Shown here piece by piece: positions 1 through 19,248 of a stretch of 64,000 nt of DNA. Each line of letters opens with the position of its first letter. Position 1 is the stretch's first letter. The DNA comes from Balanoglossus misakiensis (lineage: Eukaryota; Animalia; Hemichordata): NCBI GenBank assembly GCA_040954595.2, contig CM082594.2:10668276-10732275 (forward strand), read 5' to 3'. The notes beneath the pieces are model-generated. The model was not told where the DNA came from and made no database searches. It was given only the letters and a program-made list of their open reading frames with translations. Both the position numbers and the translations under genes were made by a program.

Positions 1-6399
<6,399 letters not shown>

Positions 6400-7298
6400 G
6401 TTGATGATAGAGTTTGTCAGTATTGGTGTTAGTCATTTCTCTTCTCCAGTGCACCGCAACAGTTCGCGTAACCTGTGGTCTCTTTCTCGATAAAAAGTTA
6501 TAGTACCAAAAGCTATGTATGTTAACTCCAATATATAAGGTGTTAGGCAACTATATCGAAAATGAACGTTCTATTATACTTGTGCAGAAATCGGTCATTT
6601 GCATCGATGTTTGATTTTACACTGAAACAAATACATTTTGCGGGCGTTTCTGGGACCGCTTTATTTTCTGACCCTTTTTTCGATGTTCTCATTTCTTTTT
6701 CATTATCAGGACATGACTGATGACATAAAAACGTTAGGCTATCGCGTGTTCCATTCAGTGAAAGTAAGCGACATGGCTTAAGCGCACAAACCTTTAACAA
6801 ATTTCATCACAACAAGCTACGGCGTTGGGCTCTTGACAAGTACTGGGAACAGAACCATATCAAGTTCGCGCCGCTTGAATAACTCTGAGAAAGTTCCTAG
6901 ACCTACCTCCCCATCTATTATGTCCAGAACACAATGGACGAGGGTCTTTTTTCCTCTAGATCTGTTGATCATGATCACCTGGAATTGATTTCAGGTCTAC
7001 CATACAGGCTGCAGGTATTTGTCACTGGTTCGGGTTTTGGCCTGTTTGTCTGAAGCGGGGTTGCTTTTAGGTCAACTTTTGCTTAATGAGGCCATACACA
7101 GTGACCATTCAAGGAGGATACATATATTTGTATTCAAAGGACGTTCCGATTCGAGTGCACACACTTTTTATTTACGATAGCGTGAAATCACGGGACAGTG
7201 GTGAAATCACTGACAACACCTCTGAAATTCTGATTGAAAAAATTCTTTCCTGGATCGACGCGTATCCTCGACGGCCAGGATCTTGAATCGATAGAAGC

Positions 7299-9636
7299 AT
7301 GGGGAACTCTCAGTCGGGTGCCGAGTCCGGAATGCCGTCGAACGACCCGCACCACAAGCATCGGAGGATTTCTAACAAGGCTACAACGGGAACGAATGCA
7401 GGTACCACCGATGAGAGAGAGCGCATACCTGCTGGCGCGCCGCCACGCCCAGTCAGCAAGGTGGCTGGCCAAGGCGGTGTCCATCATGAGCGCCGATCGA
7501 CTGCTTCGAACACGGAGAAAACTTTGATATTGGCGGTAAAGAGCGGGCTTATCAAAGATGATGATGACGTCGACGCCACTAGAAAGAGCAGTCCACATGC
7601 CGGAATCTCTCAGCAGATCAAACGAGAGCGCAACGTCACCAGCGGAGAGCAAACGACTTGTGAGAAGTCGGCAGAAAGTCAACAGAAGTCGGAACAAAAG
7701 GAAAATGAAGCCGAAGTGAAGCAACAGGTTGTTGTTGAGAACCAAGGTCACGAAAAAAGTGTTTCAGAACAGAGAACTGTTGCGGTGGTGGTTAAAGAAG
7801 GTGCAGAGACTGGTGAACAGCCGGTGGCAAAACTTGAAAATTTACAACCGTGTGGTGTTGGTGATCAAATGTCAGCCGATGGCAAAACAGCGCGACTCCG
7901 AGAGGACAGGGGCACGCAGTATGACGTCGAGGCGGTGGCTGACGGCAACAAACCCACGGGGAGCAGCGATACACGTCAAAATGGCAACGCAGGACCCCTG
8001 CTGGACGGCCGAGAAGTCCTTTCGAGACTGCAACAGCTTGAAGACGAAAAGTTAAAACTGCAACACGAAAATAAAGCACTGAAAGCCATCGTAGACGACA
8101 TGACAGCACGGTAAATCGGAGATTGTGTCTGACAATGCAAACTGGTCGATTATTTTACTGTAATTTGCGTGATTTAATCGGAAAGAAATATGTCTTTAAT
8201 TCTTGATTCAGGTATATGCCAAACAGTCGGGGTAGGGCTCCCAGGCCGGTAAGTAAAGGCAAAGACGATCAGAGGGAAATGGTCAAAAAATATCTGGAAC
8301 TTTACAACAGAGAATGGACGACAGCTCGACGGCGGTTGGATCAGTTATCACCGCTGGGACGAGGGAGTAAGTTTGAAAAGTACCACTTGCAGTTTCTGTG
8401 TGATGTATACGTGGTAAGTGACCTGGAGCTAATGAAAGAAGTTTGGTTGATTGATTGATTGTGTATTCGCCTTTAAAATCTGAAAACAGCCTATCTGTCA
8501 AAAAGTAGAATGTCGCTAAAAAATATGTCTCAAAGTCGTTACGAATCGTAGCAAGTTTAGTCAATATAAGCACAGTCTCTCTAAGGAACAGTGTTACAAG
8601 ATTTGATGTGGTTCTTGAATTGCACATCTTGACAAATATTCGGACGAATCTCAATTTATAGGCGGCATTTACCATAACACGCCGTGCGGTGCACGAATTC
8701 GAAGATCGTCTGACGTCATTGCTGTTGAACGCTGTTCACTACTCGACAAATAAAACTCAGGTAAATAATTTAAAGTATACATAACCGAACCCTTTCGGGA
8801 ATTTGAACATAGGGAACTGAGATACGAGAATGTTACAGACGAGGAGTCTACACAGTTTGGGTGGGGGGGGGGGGCAGCTATGGGCGAAACCCTTGCAAGT
8901 GCTGTTTATTCACCCAAGCAGATATCGACTAGTTTTCATTTGTGTCCTTCATCTTTCTCACGTAGGAGGAGGCTTCCTTGAGACGCCGCGGTGTGGCGCT
9001 CTACTCATCCGTCATTGACCCGATTCCAGATCTGAAAGCCGCTTTCAAACAGTCGGGCGACACAAGTGCAAACTTCCTTAAACAACTACTGCAGTCATGT
9101 CCAGTGAATGATGTCATTGATGTAAGTTAGTCAGTAACTTCACACGCATCACGGTCGCTTGAAAGTTATCATGAAAAAAGCGCGTCTCGTACATGACAAG
9201 TCTAAGCTTTCTTTTATCTGGAACTGGTCCAAAATCAGGTTTATCAAAACTAAGAAATATTATTTGTCAGAAACATTGCTGGAAATTTGTCGGATACTTT
9301 CAACAAGACTCCAATTTTGTTTTTCAGGAAGTGCACAAAGAGCTGAAGAAAGAGTGGTCGTCAACACTTCTGTCGGCTGTGGATGACAACAAAGAAGTCA
9401 AGGAATTCATCGAAAAGTCCTGCAGAGTTGCTTTCCAAATGAACATTCTACGTCCGCACATCGAAATTTCACACAAGGGCAAGAAGTTCAGCGCGAGCCG
9501 CCACGATCCAGAACTCGCCACCGACTCGGTGTCCATCAAGGACGCCACAGTCGACTTCCACATCTGGCCTACACTGCTAGATGCCAGTGACAATGTTCTC
9601 GTGAAAGGGAAAGTTAGAATAGTACATTTTCTCTAA
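7299..9636 (+). CDS. Uncharacterised ~525-aa protein: N-myristoylation motif, disordered N-half, coiled coil, C-terminal MIEAP (SPATA18/mitochondria-eating protein)-like domain
   Basis: Exons 7299-8110, 8212-8413, 8662-8760, 8966-9121 and 9328-9636 splice in frame. Starts MGNSQS; coiled coil LSRLQQLEDEKLKLQHENKALK; MIEAP-like motifs YLELYNREWTTA, FIEKSCRVAFQMNILRP and VDFHIWPTLLDASDNVLVKGKV. Family call is from motif recall. Confidence 0.72.
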
Positions 9637-10961
9637 CCTTTCCCACAAACCGATAATCGAATATTACCCAGTTTGCAGTGCCGCATGTAGACCATTAGTT
9701 ATCGAGTGAAAAGGCACCTGGAGTGAAAAGGCACTACCGTAACTACTTTTAGATGATACGAACTCACGCTCTTGAAGACCACGGCACTCCATTTTCGGAC
9801 CGGCGCTTCAAGTGACAGACTGGCGTTACATCTCTGAGAAAAAATGTTAACTATGGCTATTTCACCAACAGGGTAATACATGATGTACTATGCTACTGGA
9901 ATGCTTTTTATAAAACAATAACTCCCTCGTGGCTGAACGTCTAGTACAACGCGGATGACGTCACACATGGACGACACTGATTGGACATTTCCGATTTAAA
10001 GGATGCGGCTCTGTTGGGGGCGGGCCATAGGCTATGCACTTCGGAGAACTTTCCAATCGTCATGTGGCATAAATAAACAACGTCCGTCTGCACATATAGA
10101 CGTCACCATAATTTCACATACAGAAGTTACACAGATTTTACCTGACGGGAGCTTCGTCCGGTTTCGGCAATTGGCCTCCACTGTTGTCTGTTCTGTCGAG
10201 AGAACTTGATTTGGAATCAAACGTTACCATTTACTGCCTCCCGTACAGCACTGTCCACCTTCATACTGAGACAACGGAATCCATCGAACCATCCGTTCTC
10301 AAATGGTGCTCCGTGTCGGGTTATACGACATTATCTTGGTCTTCCAAGCGCGAGTGTTCGTAAAAGAGACAAGTCCCAGAAGAGCCCTTTGCACGACCAG
10401 CGTCAAAATGAAAATTCGTCAATAATATCCACTAAGTGTATTCACTGGCTCGCGCAACACGCTGCTGTCCCCTCCAATGTTGAATACTGGATGATGAAGA
10501 CGAGCCTCGTGGTTTCACGTGCCCGTCAATGATTGGCCAATACACTGACGCCCAGGTGTTCATGGCGTTGGACGAATGAATGTAGGTGGACGAATGTCAC
10601 ATGTCATTCACGTGTTTACATGTGCTCACCTGAAGGACAAATGATCGTTCTTTGTATATTGCTTCTTTAGTACTACCACACAGGCGAATAAAACTGGTTT
10701 TATACATTTAATTTCTCTTTCTCTGCTGTGACAATATATGACCACACTCATACCCACAAACACACACACATATATACATACATAGAATGAATTCATGCAT
10801 TCTTTCTGATTGATATCAAAGGAGACATTTTATTTTGAAAACATATTATTGTGGCATAAATAAACAAAACAATTTTTTAAAAAATGAAAAAATCCTGACT
10901 TGCAAAACTTAGAATTGTGGTAAAATTCTCAATTATTGTAAATATTAAAAAGATATGGTCA

Positions 10962-12435
10962 CTAAAATTTAAAATAATTCTGCGATGAGTACCCTGTTTT
11001 TGTGAGAATTTTGATCATATCTTTATCAAAAGATTTTGTTCCACATATCAGAATAATTGTGTCATCTTTCACAGGACTGGTTTCCTTGACAACCATAGCT
11101 TCATCTAGTTTCCCATAGTGCACCTGTTCTCCGTAGCGGTGGGATTTTGTATTTGTTTCCTGCAGGATGAAGTTAAAAACAAGATTTTGTCAATTTCAGT
11201 TGATTTTCGTCTTCATTATTTATGTCTCAAGTTGCAGTGGAATTCAATTGCTAAAAATTTAAGTCAACTTTACCTGGCTTAGAACGTAGAGGACTGTGAA
11301 GTTCCAATAGGCAGTGAGTTCATCCAATGTGGATTTCATCAGAATGTCTTGATATGTCCGACAATAGTACACCAGATGTACAAATGTTTCTTCATCCTCA
11401 TTGAGGAGGATTTCTCTGATGACCTGCATCATGGGAGCCACTCCAGTTCCTGCTGCCAACATCACAACACGACCATACTAAAATGGAAAATTCAAGGAAG
11501 ACAATATAATTTTTCTTCGAGAACCTGCTCAGCAGAATTTTCCAGAAAATAGACTAAATGGAAGCACGGCCACAAAAAGTTTACCAGGACCACAGAGTTG
11601 CCACAATCTTACCTTATTTGGCTGATATTTAAATTTACCAAAAGGCCCTCTGAACTCAACATGGTCATCCACGCTCCATGTCTTGACATAACTTGACATC
11701 TTTCCAGCTTCGTAGATCTGACAGAAAATAATAAGAGTCTAGACATAAATTATAGAAGCACACAGCCATAACATTTGCAGAAACTGTTACCACTGTAGGC
11801 TTCTCCAAATGTCGTGAACAAAAATAAAGGTGTATTCTTTCTGCCAATATTGCACACAATCATGCACATAACCCAACACACTTAGAATCCACACCTTGAT
11901 AAGGACATCAAAATACCCTCTGGCATCCAAAGGACTGATTGGTGTATACTGCCTGGTGATGGTTCCTCCATTGATTTTCCCCTTCATAATGACATGTTGT
12001 CCCACACTCAGACCCAGCGATTTGTGACTTGGTAGTTTGAATCTGTAGACAATCGAATCTGGTGACACTCTGGTGATGCTGTCGATTGGAAAACTTGTGT
12101 ACTGAGCCACGCTTAAAACTGGCCGAGTGTCCTGTGAACACATTATATGTAGATAGAAAGGGTCAACCTCTGTTCGCTGTACATATGCTGGACCTCTCCA
12201 GAACAGCAAGCAGCCTTACCTCGACAGAGTGTGGTTCAGCATTCTGTTTTCTCAGGTGTGGTGGACCTTTCTTTCTTTCATCCTCCCAAAGTCTCAGCTC
12301 ATCCTCATAGATGTCAAACACACAGGGAGTACAGCCTGATCCGCAGCAGTCGCTAGGCAGTGGCTCGGCTGGTTTCTCAGGTAACCAGTTCAAATCTTCA
12401 TCACCACAGTCACCCATCATACACCTGGGTATCAT
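10962..12435 (-). CDS. CYB5RL: NADH-cytochrome b5 reductase-like protein
   Basis: Exons 12220-12435, 11895-12131, 11613-11717, 11274-11477 and 10962-11159 are in frame. N-terminal oxidoreductase-like motif PEKPAEPLPSDCCGSGCTPCVFDIY, FAD motif RQYTPIS, NAD motif MLAAGTGVAPM, C-terminal ICGTKSFDKDM...YFKF*. Confidence 0.93.
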
Positions 12436-12519
12436 TCACAAATTCTGTTTGTTCGTCCCCAGTTCTGCTTGCATGCTCTCAACTTCGTCTATTTTTCTCT
12501 TCTTTGCTGTCGCAGACAT

Positions 12520-12953
12520 TATACCCACCTTTCTGCATTGTACAGTTGGCAATCTCGGTAAAAAGCAAAAGTCAAGCAGTCGCGTCGTCTTTTCTCAAAA
12601 CATCACCGCCATCTTGTGTAATATTGATTTTGCATTGTTAATCTGTGGGTTCGTCATATAGATAGTCAGCTATTGAAACAGTTCGAATAACCCCCAAAAA
12701 TTGCCTCTTTGTTGTAATTAATCATATATTGCATAATATGCATAATATTTAACCATTTTGCTTGGATTTTGATTGAATTGTTTAAGAATAATTATTTATG
12801 AAATTTGCGAATTTGAGTCTGAGTATACAATGGATGAAGGTTACAGACGACGCAGGGAATAAACATACAATGTACATTACATGCGAGCAGATTCTCATGA
12901 CACTGCTTACATCGCATTGAAGCAGTTGTGATGGTGTTTGCATCATATCATTA
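12520..12953. promoter_or_regulatory. Bidirectional promoter CYB5RL/SETD9 with YY1-like site
   Basis: Head-to-head starts about 500 bp apart; CCGCCATCTTG near 12606 matches the YY1 motif. Confidence 0.6.
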
Positions 12954-14563
12954 ATGTCCAAAAACATATTTAGGAGTCTACTGTCAAGATGGAAGAGTTA
13001 CCGTTACAGATTTGTGCCTTGGATTGCTTTCCATCTAAAAGACAGGTTTGTTGCATTGGTAAATTACTTTTGGGGATTTATGTGAAAAGTTGTTATACTG
13101 TACTGATATCTTAGGCTGTGTGTTTCCCCCTAAATTCTCGTGCATGTACTTCAGGTCACTCCGTGTAGTTCCCAGAGAAAGCCAGGACAAAATCATCACC
13201 GATGACCAAGTAGAACAAACTCTACTGAAGCTCTTCACAGCATTGGATACAACATCCACAGAAAGTACAGATGGCACATCTAAGACACCATTGGATGTAT
13301 TGATGTCAGTGATGGGATTCAGAGTTGACAAAGGTGACAGTCAGGTTGGAGGCACTGGTGTGTACGTAACTGATGGGGTGGTACCCAAAGGAACAGTGCT
13401 AGCAATGTATCCAGGTAATACTGTAAATCAGGAATTTTTTCGCAATATCAAAAGAAGCAACAGTTACACGATGATTAATTTTTGCTCTCGTATTTCACAG
13501 TCTCCAAAAAAACATTTGCAAGGCATTATCAGCCTTTGTACTATTTAACTTGAAGTCTCCATTTTTTCTTACACAGGTGCTATTTATTTACCATACGAAC
13601 CAATCTTCTTTCAGTCACTAAGTAACCCTTTCATATTTAGATGTATTGATCACATACATATTGATGGAAATGACAAGAGACTTTCTAAAATGTTGTACAG
13701 GTAAGAAACATAATTTAAGATGCCTAAAATGATTAAATGTTGTAACATTATGTCTTTCAACCAACTCGCATAGTTAATTACAAACAACACCGAAGTCAAG
13801 GTGTTTTTAATTATTTCCCTTTTACAGGTCTTGCAGCAAAAGAGATAGAATGGGTCCATACATGACGTGTGATGCATCGTGGCTGACACCAAACCTAATC
13901 AATCCACTTGCACTGGGACAGTATGTCAACAACCAATCAAACAGTAAGTTTGTGTGTGTGTGTGTGTGTACAGTACACCGAGTTTATCCTACTCGCATCA
14001 TTTTTGGGACCAACAGAGACTGACAATGACAAATATAAACATTTTTGGTATTAATACTTGTACAAACCATTTCATCATTCCATCACTGGCTGTTTGATTG
14101 ACTGACAACTGCTTTTATTTACAGAATTTCCTGCAAATGTAGTTTATCAGGAGTACAATGTCAGAGACGATTTCCCAATTCACCTGATGAAATACATCCC
14201 AAATGTTAGGTACAATTCACTCAATGACAGTAGCACACAATTAGACAGGTATGTTGCATTTTCAGTTCTTTGACAAGAGAGAATGTTGGCACACAAGTTT
14301 TCCACAATAGAAATGTTTACCGGCCAACTTCACACCAACTCATCCACATGTGATTCTAAAACGATCAAGTTTACCTGCTTTGGAATTTAATTGCTTTGTC
14401 ACAGTTTTCTCCATGTTGATTTGAGCACAAGTCGCACTGCGTCTTGTTACTCACTCGTTTCTCTTCTCTTGGTAGGTTTATCCGCACAGTTGTCTTGGTA
14501 TCAACACGAGATATCCAGCCGGGTGAAGAAGTTTTCTCAACATATTTTACAATGGTTTATTGA
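12954..14563 (+). CDS. SETD9: SET domain-containing protein 9
   Basis: N-terminus MSKNIFRSLLSRWKSYRYRFVPWIAF resembles SETD9. Further motifs GTGVYVTDGVVPKGTVLAMYPG, FFQSLSNPFIFRCID, NPLALGQYVNN and RTVVLVSTRDIQPGEEVFSTYFT. Six exons (approx. 12954-13045, 13155-13414, 13577-13700, 13828-13943, 14124-14248, 14476-14563). Confidence 0.92.
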
Positions 14564-15417
14564 CTTTTACCTGCATAGGGAGATTACTTCAGATGGATTC
14601 TTTTATTCAATTGGCTGGAACAATTTCTTCAGTCCATTTGGTGTCTGGTGTAGACAGGTTTTACTGTACATCAACAGAAGAAATTCTTTTGACAGACCAG
14701 TCAATCATGGGACACCGATCATGTTGTAATTTGAGCCTAAGCCTAAGACATCTTTTATTTCAAAGTTCGACATTACAGACACCTAAACAGATAAAAACAT
14801 ACTACATGTATTATCAGTTGGCAAAAAATGAAGTCCAGAGATGTAAAATTTCTGTATCAAAATTTTCAACATGATTAAATAAGGGCTCTGTATATAGTCA
14901 AACATTTAAATAAAGTTTTTCTTTCACTTCAATACAAATTTTTGTTAGGGATAAACCAACATTGTATATTGAAATATTTTCAGTGTTTTCTTCCTAAATG
15001 TCTCTCTCATCAATCATTACAAAAGTTAACATTTAAAAGATATTTGTAATGAAACAAGGAAAAATTGAACAAATGCTTCATGGAAATTTTGGCAAGTGTT
15101 GGATACACAACTGATTTCATTTCACTTACATATATACATACATAATGTGTCTCCCAGGATGTATTCGATAGTGAAAATGCACAATTCTATTTTACTGGTG
15201 TATAGTCCCTGCCAATGGCCACAAGTCCTGTTCAGAACACCAGCTCATTTTATCTTTTGGTCAGCAATCATGGTGCATTCTTCACCAGGGGTTCTGTATG
15301 CACTCAGTGACAGACCTGAAAAGTTTTTTATAGAGCCTTACCCGACACTGGTTATCCTTCCCCCAGAAAACATGCAGTATATCCTGACAGAAATGCCTGT
15401 TCGTGAATGCCAATAAC

Positions 15418-17938
15418 TTATCCCTCTTTGATAAACCAGTGAGATTTCCCTTTGATCTTCATGTGCTGTGGACTGAGTTTCCTGAGTATATCTGTGATTT
15501 TCTGTACAATATCCTTCTGGTTCATTCCAGTTTTCTTGGCTCTCAGTTTATGCAGCAAATCCTTGGTTGTCATGGGTTTCCGTTTCAGGTAACGTCTCAC
15601 CATCTCTTCTGTTATACCTCCATCACTGTGTGGAAGAAAATTGGACACAGAAATGCACATTAAAGACAAGACAAAAAAGACAGGTTCTGTACAAATTCAA
15701 AATGGCCACCAGTGTCTCATTGTAAGTCGCTAAGAACAATCTTACCTGTAGCCTGATCTGGACCCAGCTACATCTACAGGACTGCCCCTGGGTCTCTTGG
15801 CTGGGGGACCGTCATCTTTACCTTTCCGTTTGCCTGAAACCAAGAGTTGATAGCTATTAAGTTATGACCACCCTAAATAAGTTCAACATCTATATTGCTG
15901 ACTGCAGTTCCTTTTTCATAGATAAAGAACCTCTATAAACTGAACACCTCTGCGAACCAAACAATCTCTTCAGTCCATTTGGTGTCTGTTTTAGACAGGT
16001 TTTACTGTACACAAAAATTCTACCACATCTACTTTGATCATTCTCACCTTGAAGTAGCTTACCAGCAGCAGAGTCTAGTGTATGTGAGGTGCTGCCATCG
16101 ACTGCAATGGTTGGCGTTCCACTCCTGCTGCTATTCCCGCTGCTGTTTGATGACGTTGCTTTCACAGGCGACTTCCGAGATTTCTTCTCTGAGCCTTTAC
16201 TCTAGAAATCCAAGGAATACAGACACCTCTAATTTACATATGCCCATATATGTTCAAAAGGGTGTGATTGGCTATATTTCAACTTTCCATGGTAACTGTG
16301 GCTAAATTTGCAAACTATAGTAATGTATACAAGTACACCACATACCGGAATAAACAGAGCAGATTTCAATTCTGTGTTGTCCAGATCACTGTCGTCTGAT
16401 TCTGAACTGCTGTCACTGCTGAGTTCCTCTGTAGGGTCAAAACACAGAAAATATCATTGGAAAACAGACTGAACAAATGGAACAGTTATTTTGAGAATAT
16501 ACACAAGATTTCATTCACCCACAAGGATGCAGAGTGAACAATACCTTTCTTTGTCGCATCTTCTGTCTCTTTCGCTGCCCCTTCTGTCTCAGCCGGTGTC
16601 TCTGTCTTCTGTTCTTCTTCATCTTCATCAGAATCTTCCTCTCCTGATATTTCCTGATCCAATCCCTTCATCTCATGTCTCTTAGAATTGATGTCTTTGT
16701 CATCCTCGTCACTGTGCAGAAAGAATGGTTTGGGGGAAAGTGACAAATTGCAATGATAAGGAATAGCAGAGTGGTTCTGTTGCTATTCAATACAATGCAC
16801 TATATGCGTGGTGCAGATTACATTGTAACGATATACCCAATCCCTGAACTGTTCTATTCTGTGCCATGCTGTGATACGGTCACTTGGAAACCACTGAAAG
16901 TAATGCAGGATGCAATGCAGCAGTCTCACCTTGACTCCTCTGATAAATAGTCATATTCTCGTCCGTCAAAATCACCCTCATCACTTTCTTCCACAGCCTC
17001 TTCATCATCTGAATCTTTCTTCTTTTTGGGTTTCTTTGCTCCTTCCTTTTTCTTGGTTTTCTTGGGTTTTTCTATAATTGCAAGGAAAAATGTTCAGAGA
17101 TCAATAATAATAATAGACTAATAAAAAGTTTTGGGGAAAAGTCTTCAGTGTCAGGTTTCTAGTTCAGCCTGGATTCTTTTTAAACAGGTAGAGATGTTTT
17201 TTCAGCAAACTTACCATCACCACTGTCATCATCGTCGTCATCGTCATCATCGGACATGAAACCTTGATATTCGTCATTTTCTAAAATGGTCTGCAAATAC
17301 ATTGAATGAAATACAATCAATATATCAGTCACCATAAAATCTCTCAAACACAACACAGTGGGCAGAGGGTAGTTACTGGTATGCCTAGTCACAAATTTTC
17401 TTTCACAGCAATAGTCACTGTGGTTACAAGCTGTTTGATATCTAAAGAAGAACACTCAGCATTATTCTGCTACTTACCAAACCTTCAGTTTTCTTGGAAG
17501 TTTCTTTGATTGCTTCTACTTCTTCTTCCCCCTCTTCGTCTTTCAATCTTTTCTTCACCATGATTGAAAAATAGTTCAACACTTTGTCCCTCCTGTTTGA
17601 TGATAATAATATACTGTTAAAATTAACTCCAATCACTACCACTGGTGCATGTATTTTGAAATGACAATCCACTTGAAGATTGTAGATTAGTCAAACAGCC
17701 TATTTCTTTCACCACTTTACCTGCCAAATTCTTCTTCTGCTTCTTCAGCATTTAGAGTTTTGTAATTGATCATTGGAGAAAATTTATACCAGGATGCTAG
17801 AGGGTGCGCTTCAAATGCCCCATCAGGACCTTGTGTGAAGATGAAGTAGGAGGCATTCTCTGTTATGCCCCCTTCTCTTTTGCCTTTGTACCTGTGAATA
17901 GATGTGAAATGTTAATGTATAGTGAGGAGTGGTGGTGG

Positions 17939-18001
<63 letters not shown>

Positions 18002-18870
18002 GCCTCACTTATATTAAGAGTGACGCTCATACCTCTTTCCATTTTTTCCACCATGTTTCAAGATCCAAGGTTGATCTTCTGGTTTATATCGTCTTGTAAT
18101 GATGCCATATTTTTTCCTTCTAGCTTCTTCTCTTCTGCCTTTACCGAACTCACTTCCAGCACCAAAGGTTGGACTTTCATCCTCCTGTTTGAACTCTCTC
18201 AGATTATTTTCCCTCTCCATTTTCACCTGCAGTCAAAAAAACATCCAAGTTAGACTCTAGAACTGAGACATCAATGCAGTGCAGTGGAACTCTGGGATTG
18301 TGAGTGGAATGATATCAAGGTCGAATACAGTGTCTTCCTTGGCACTTGGCACAACCACAATGGGACAGAAAGCTCACAATCTTCTTGTCTGTATTCATTG
18401 TACAAAAGATATCCAAAGTCGGGGTTTACCTGCTGCCATTTAGCCATGTCAATCTTCTCATTGCCAACAAAGTTCATCACACTAAATGTCTTCTTTGAGT
18501 TCCTAGGTACAAGACAACAAAACACCAGGAACAGTTATAACATGACTTATCCATCAGTTATATATTGAATTCATAGCCACAGTAAAGTTCTGTCCCATAC
18601 TCACTTTGCAACTCTGACTGCATATTCTTCAACTTTTACATTGCCTTGCATGCCAGGCCTAGCAACTCCAGACACTCCAGACGCAGAACTGCCTGGTGGC
18701 TGGAAAGGGAACAAGATTATGTATCAATAAGACAATATACAATATTTAAAGTAATTTATATGAGGTTTTCCTTGGTTTGTGTGGGTTTCTGGCAGCCAAA
18801 ACATGATGACAAGGAAAAGCCTCAAGCTACCGATCCCTAGAAAGAAACTTACCCTTGATGAGCTGGCCAT
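15418..18870 (-). CDS. GTF2F1: General transcription factor IIF subunit 1 (RAP74)
   Basis: Starts MASSSR. Motifs VPRNSKKTFSVMNF, MERENNLREF, FGAGSEFGKGRREEARRKKYG..PEDQPWIL, an acidic middle region, and C-terminal winged helix ITEEMVRRYLKRKPMTTKDLL..ILRKLSPQ..HWFIKEG*. Confidence 0.96.
15920..16011. mobile_element. Fragment of a TA-CAGT-ended (Tc1/pogo-like) non-autonomous element; related copies near 14620-14670 and 58650-58760
   Basis: Shared end CAGTCCATTTGGTGTCTG..TAGACAGGTTTTACTGTA at ~14645-14669 and ~15970-16009, and TAGGCAGGTTTTACTGTA at ~58742-58759. A GTTTATAGAGGTTC motif is shared, inverted, between ~15927 and ~58660. Confidence 0.55.
17941..18000. repeat. (ATG/CAT)20 microsatellite in a GTF2F1 intron
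   Basis: Perfect trinucleotide run lying between exon splice sites. Confidence 0.95.
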
Positions 18871-19248
18871 TATGAATTCTCTTCCCTCGGTCACACGATC
18901 CGAAGTATTAATTACAGAGTCGCACAAATCAGTTTGATTTCATATCCTCAGAAATCGACAAGACACAACGCATACCCAGCCAGACACTGCGTGATTGAAA
19001 AACTCGGTTAAGATTCAGATTGCTTTCAAATCTTGGCCGATATGCGCCCTCTATCGGTAGGATGAAATCCCCCATGTCTGAATCTGAAATTCGGGCGAAA
19101 CTGCACAAAAGTGATGATCGCGCGTAAATCGTAAATAGTAATTTACTCAATTGACTATTTACTCTCTACAAAGCATATATTGCACTTGTCAGCAAGCTAT
19201 CAAATAAACTCGAGCGTGAGATACCGGGATACGGATATCGGATCAGAT
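18871..19248. promoter_or_regulatory. Bidirectional CpG-rich promoter GTF2F1/XRCC1
   Basis: Divergent ATGs about 380 bp apart; CpG-rich compared with the CpG-poor gene bodies. Confidence 0.7.

Noticed and set aside
7188-8109. Several overlapping and antisense ORFs
   Set aside because: Shadow frames of the GC-rich 812-nt first exon of the MIEAP-like gene.
17823-18054. Poly-His and poly-Ile ORFs
   Set aside because: They are translations of an intronic (CAT)n microsatellite between GTF2F1 exons.
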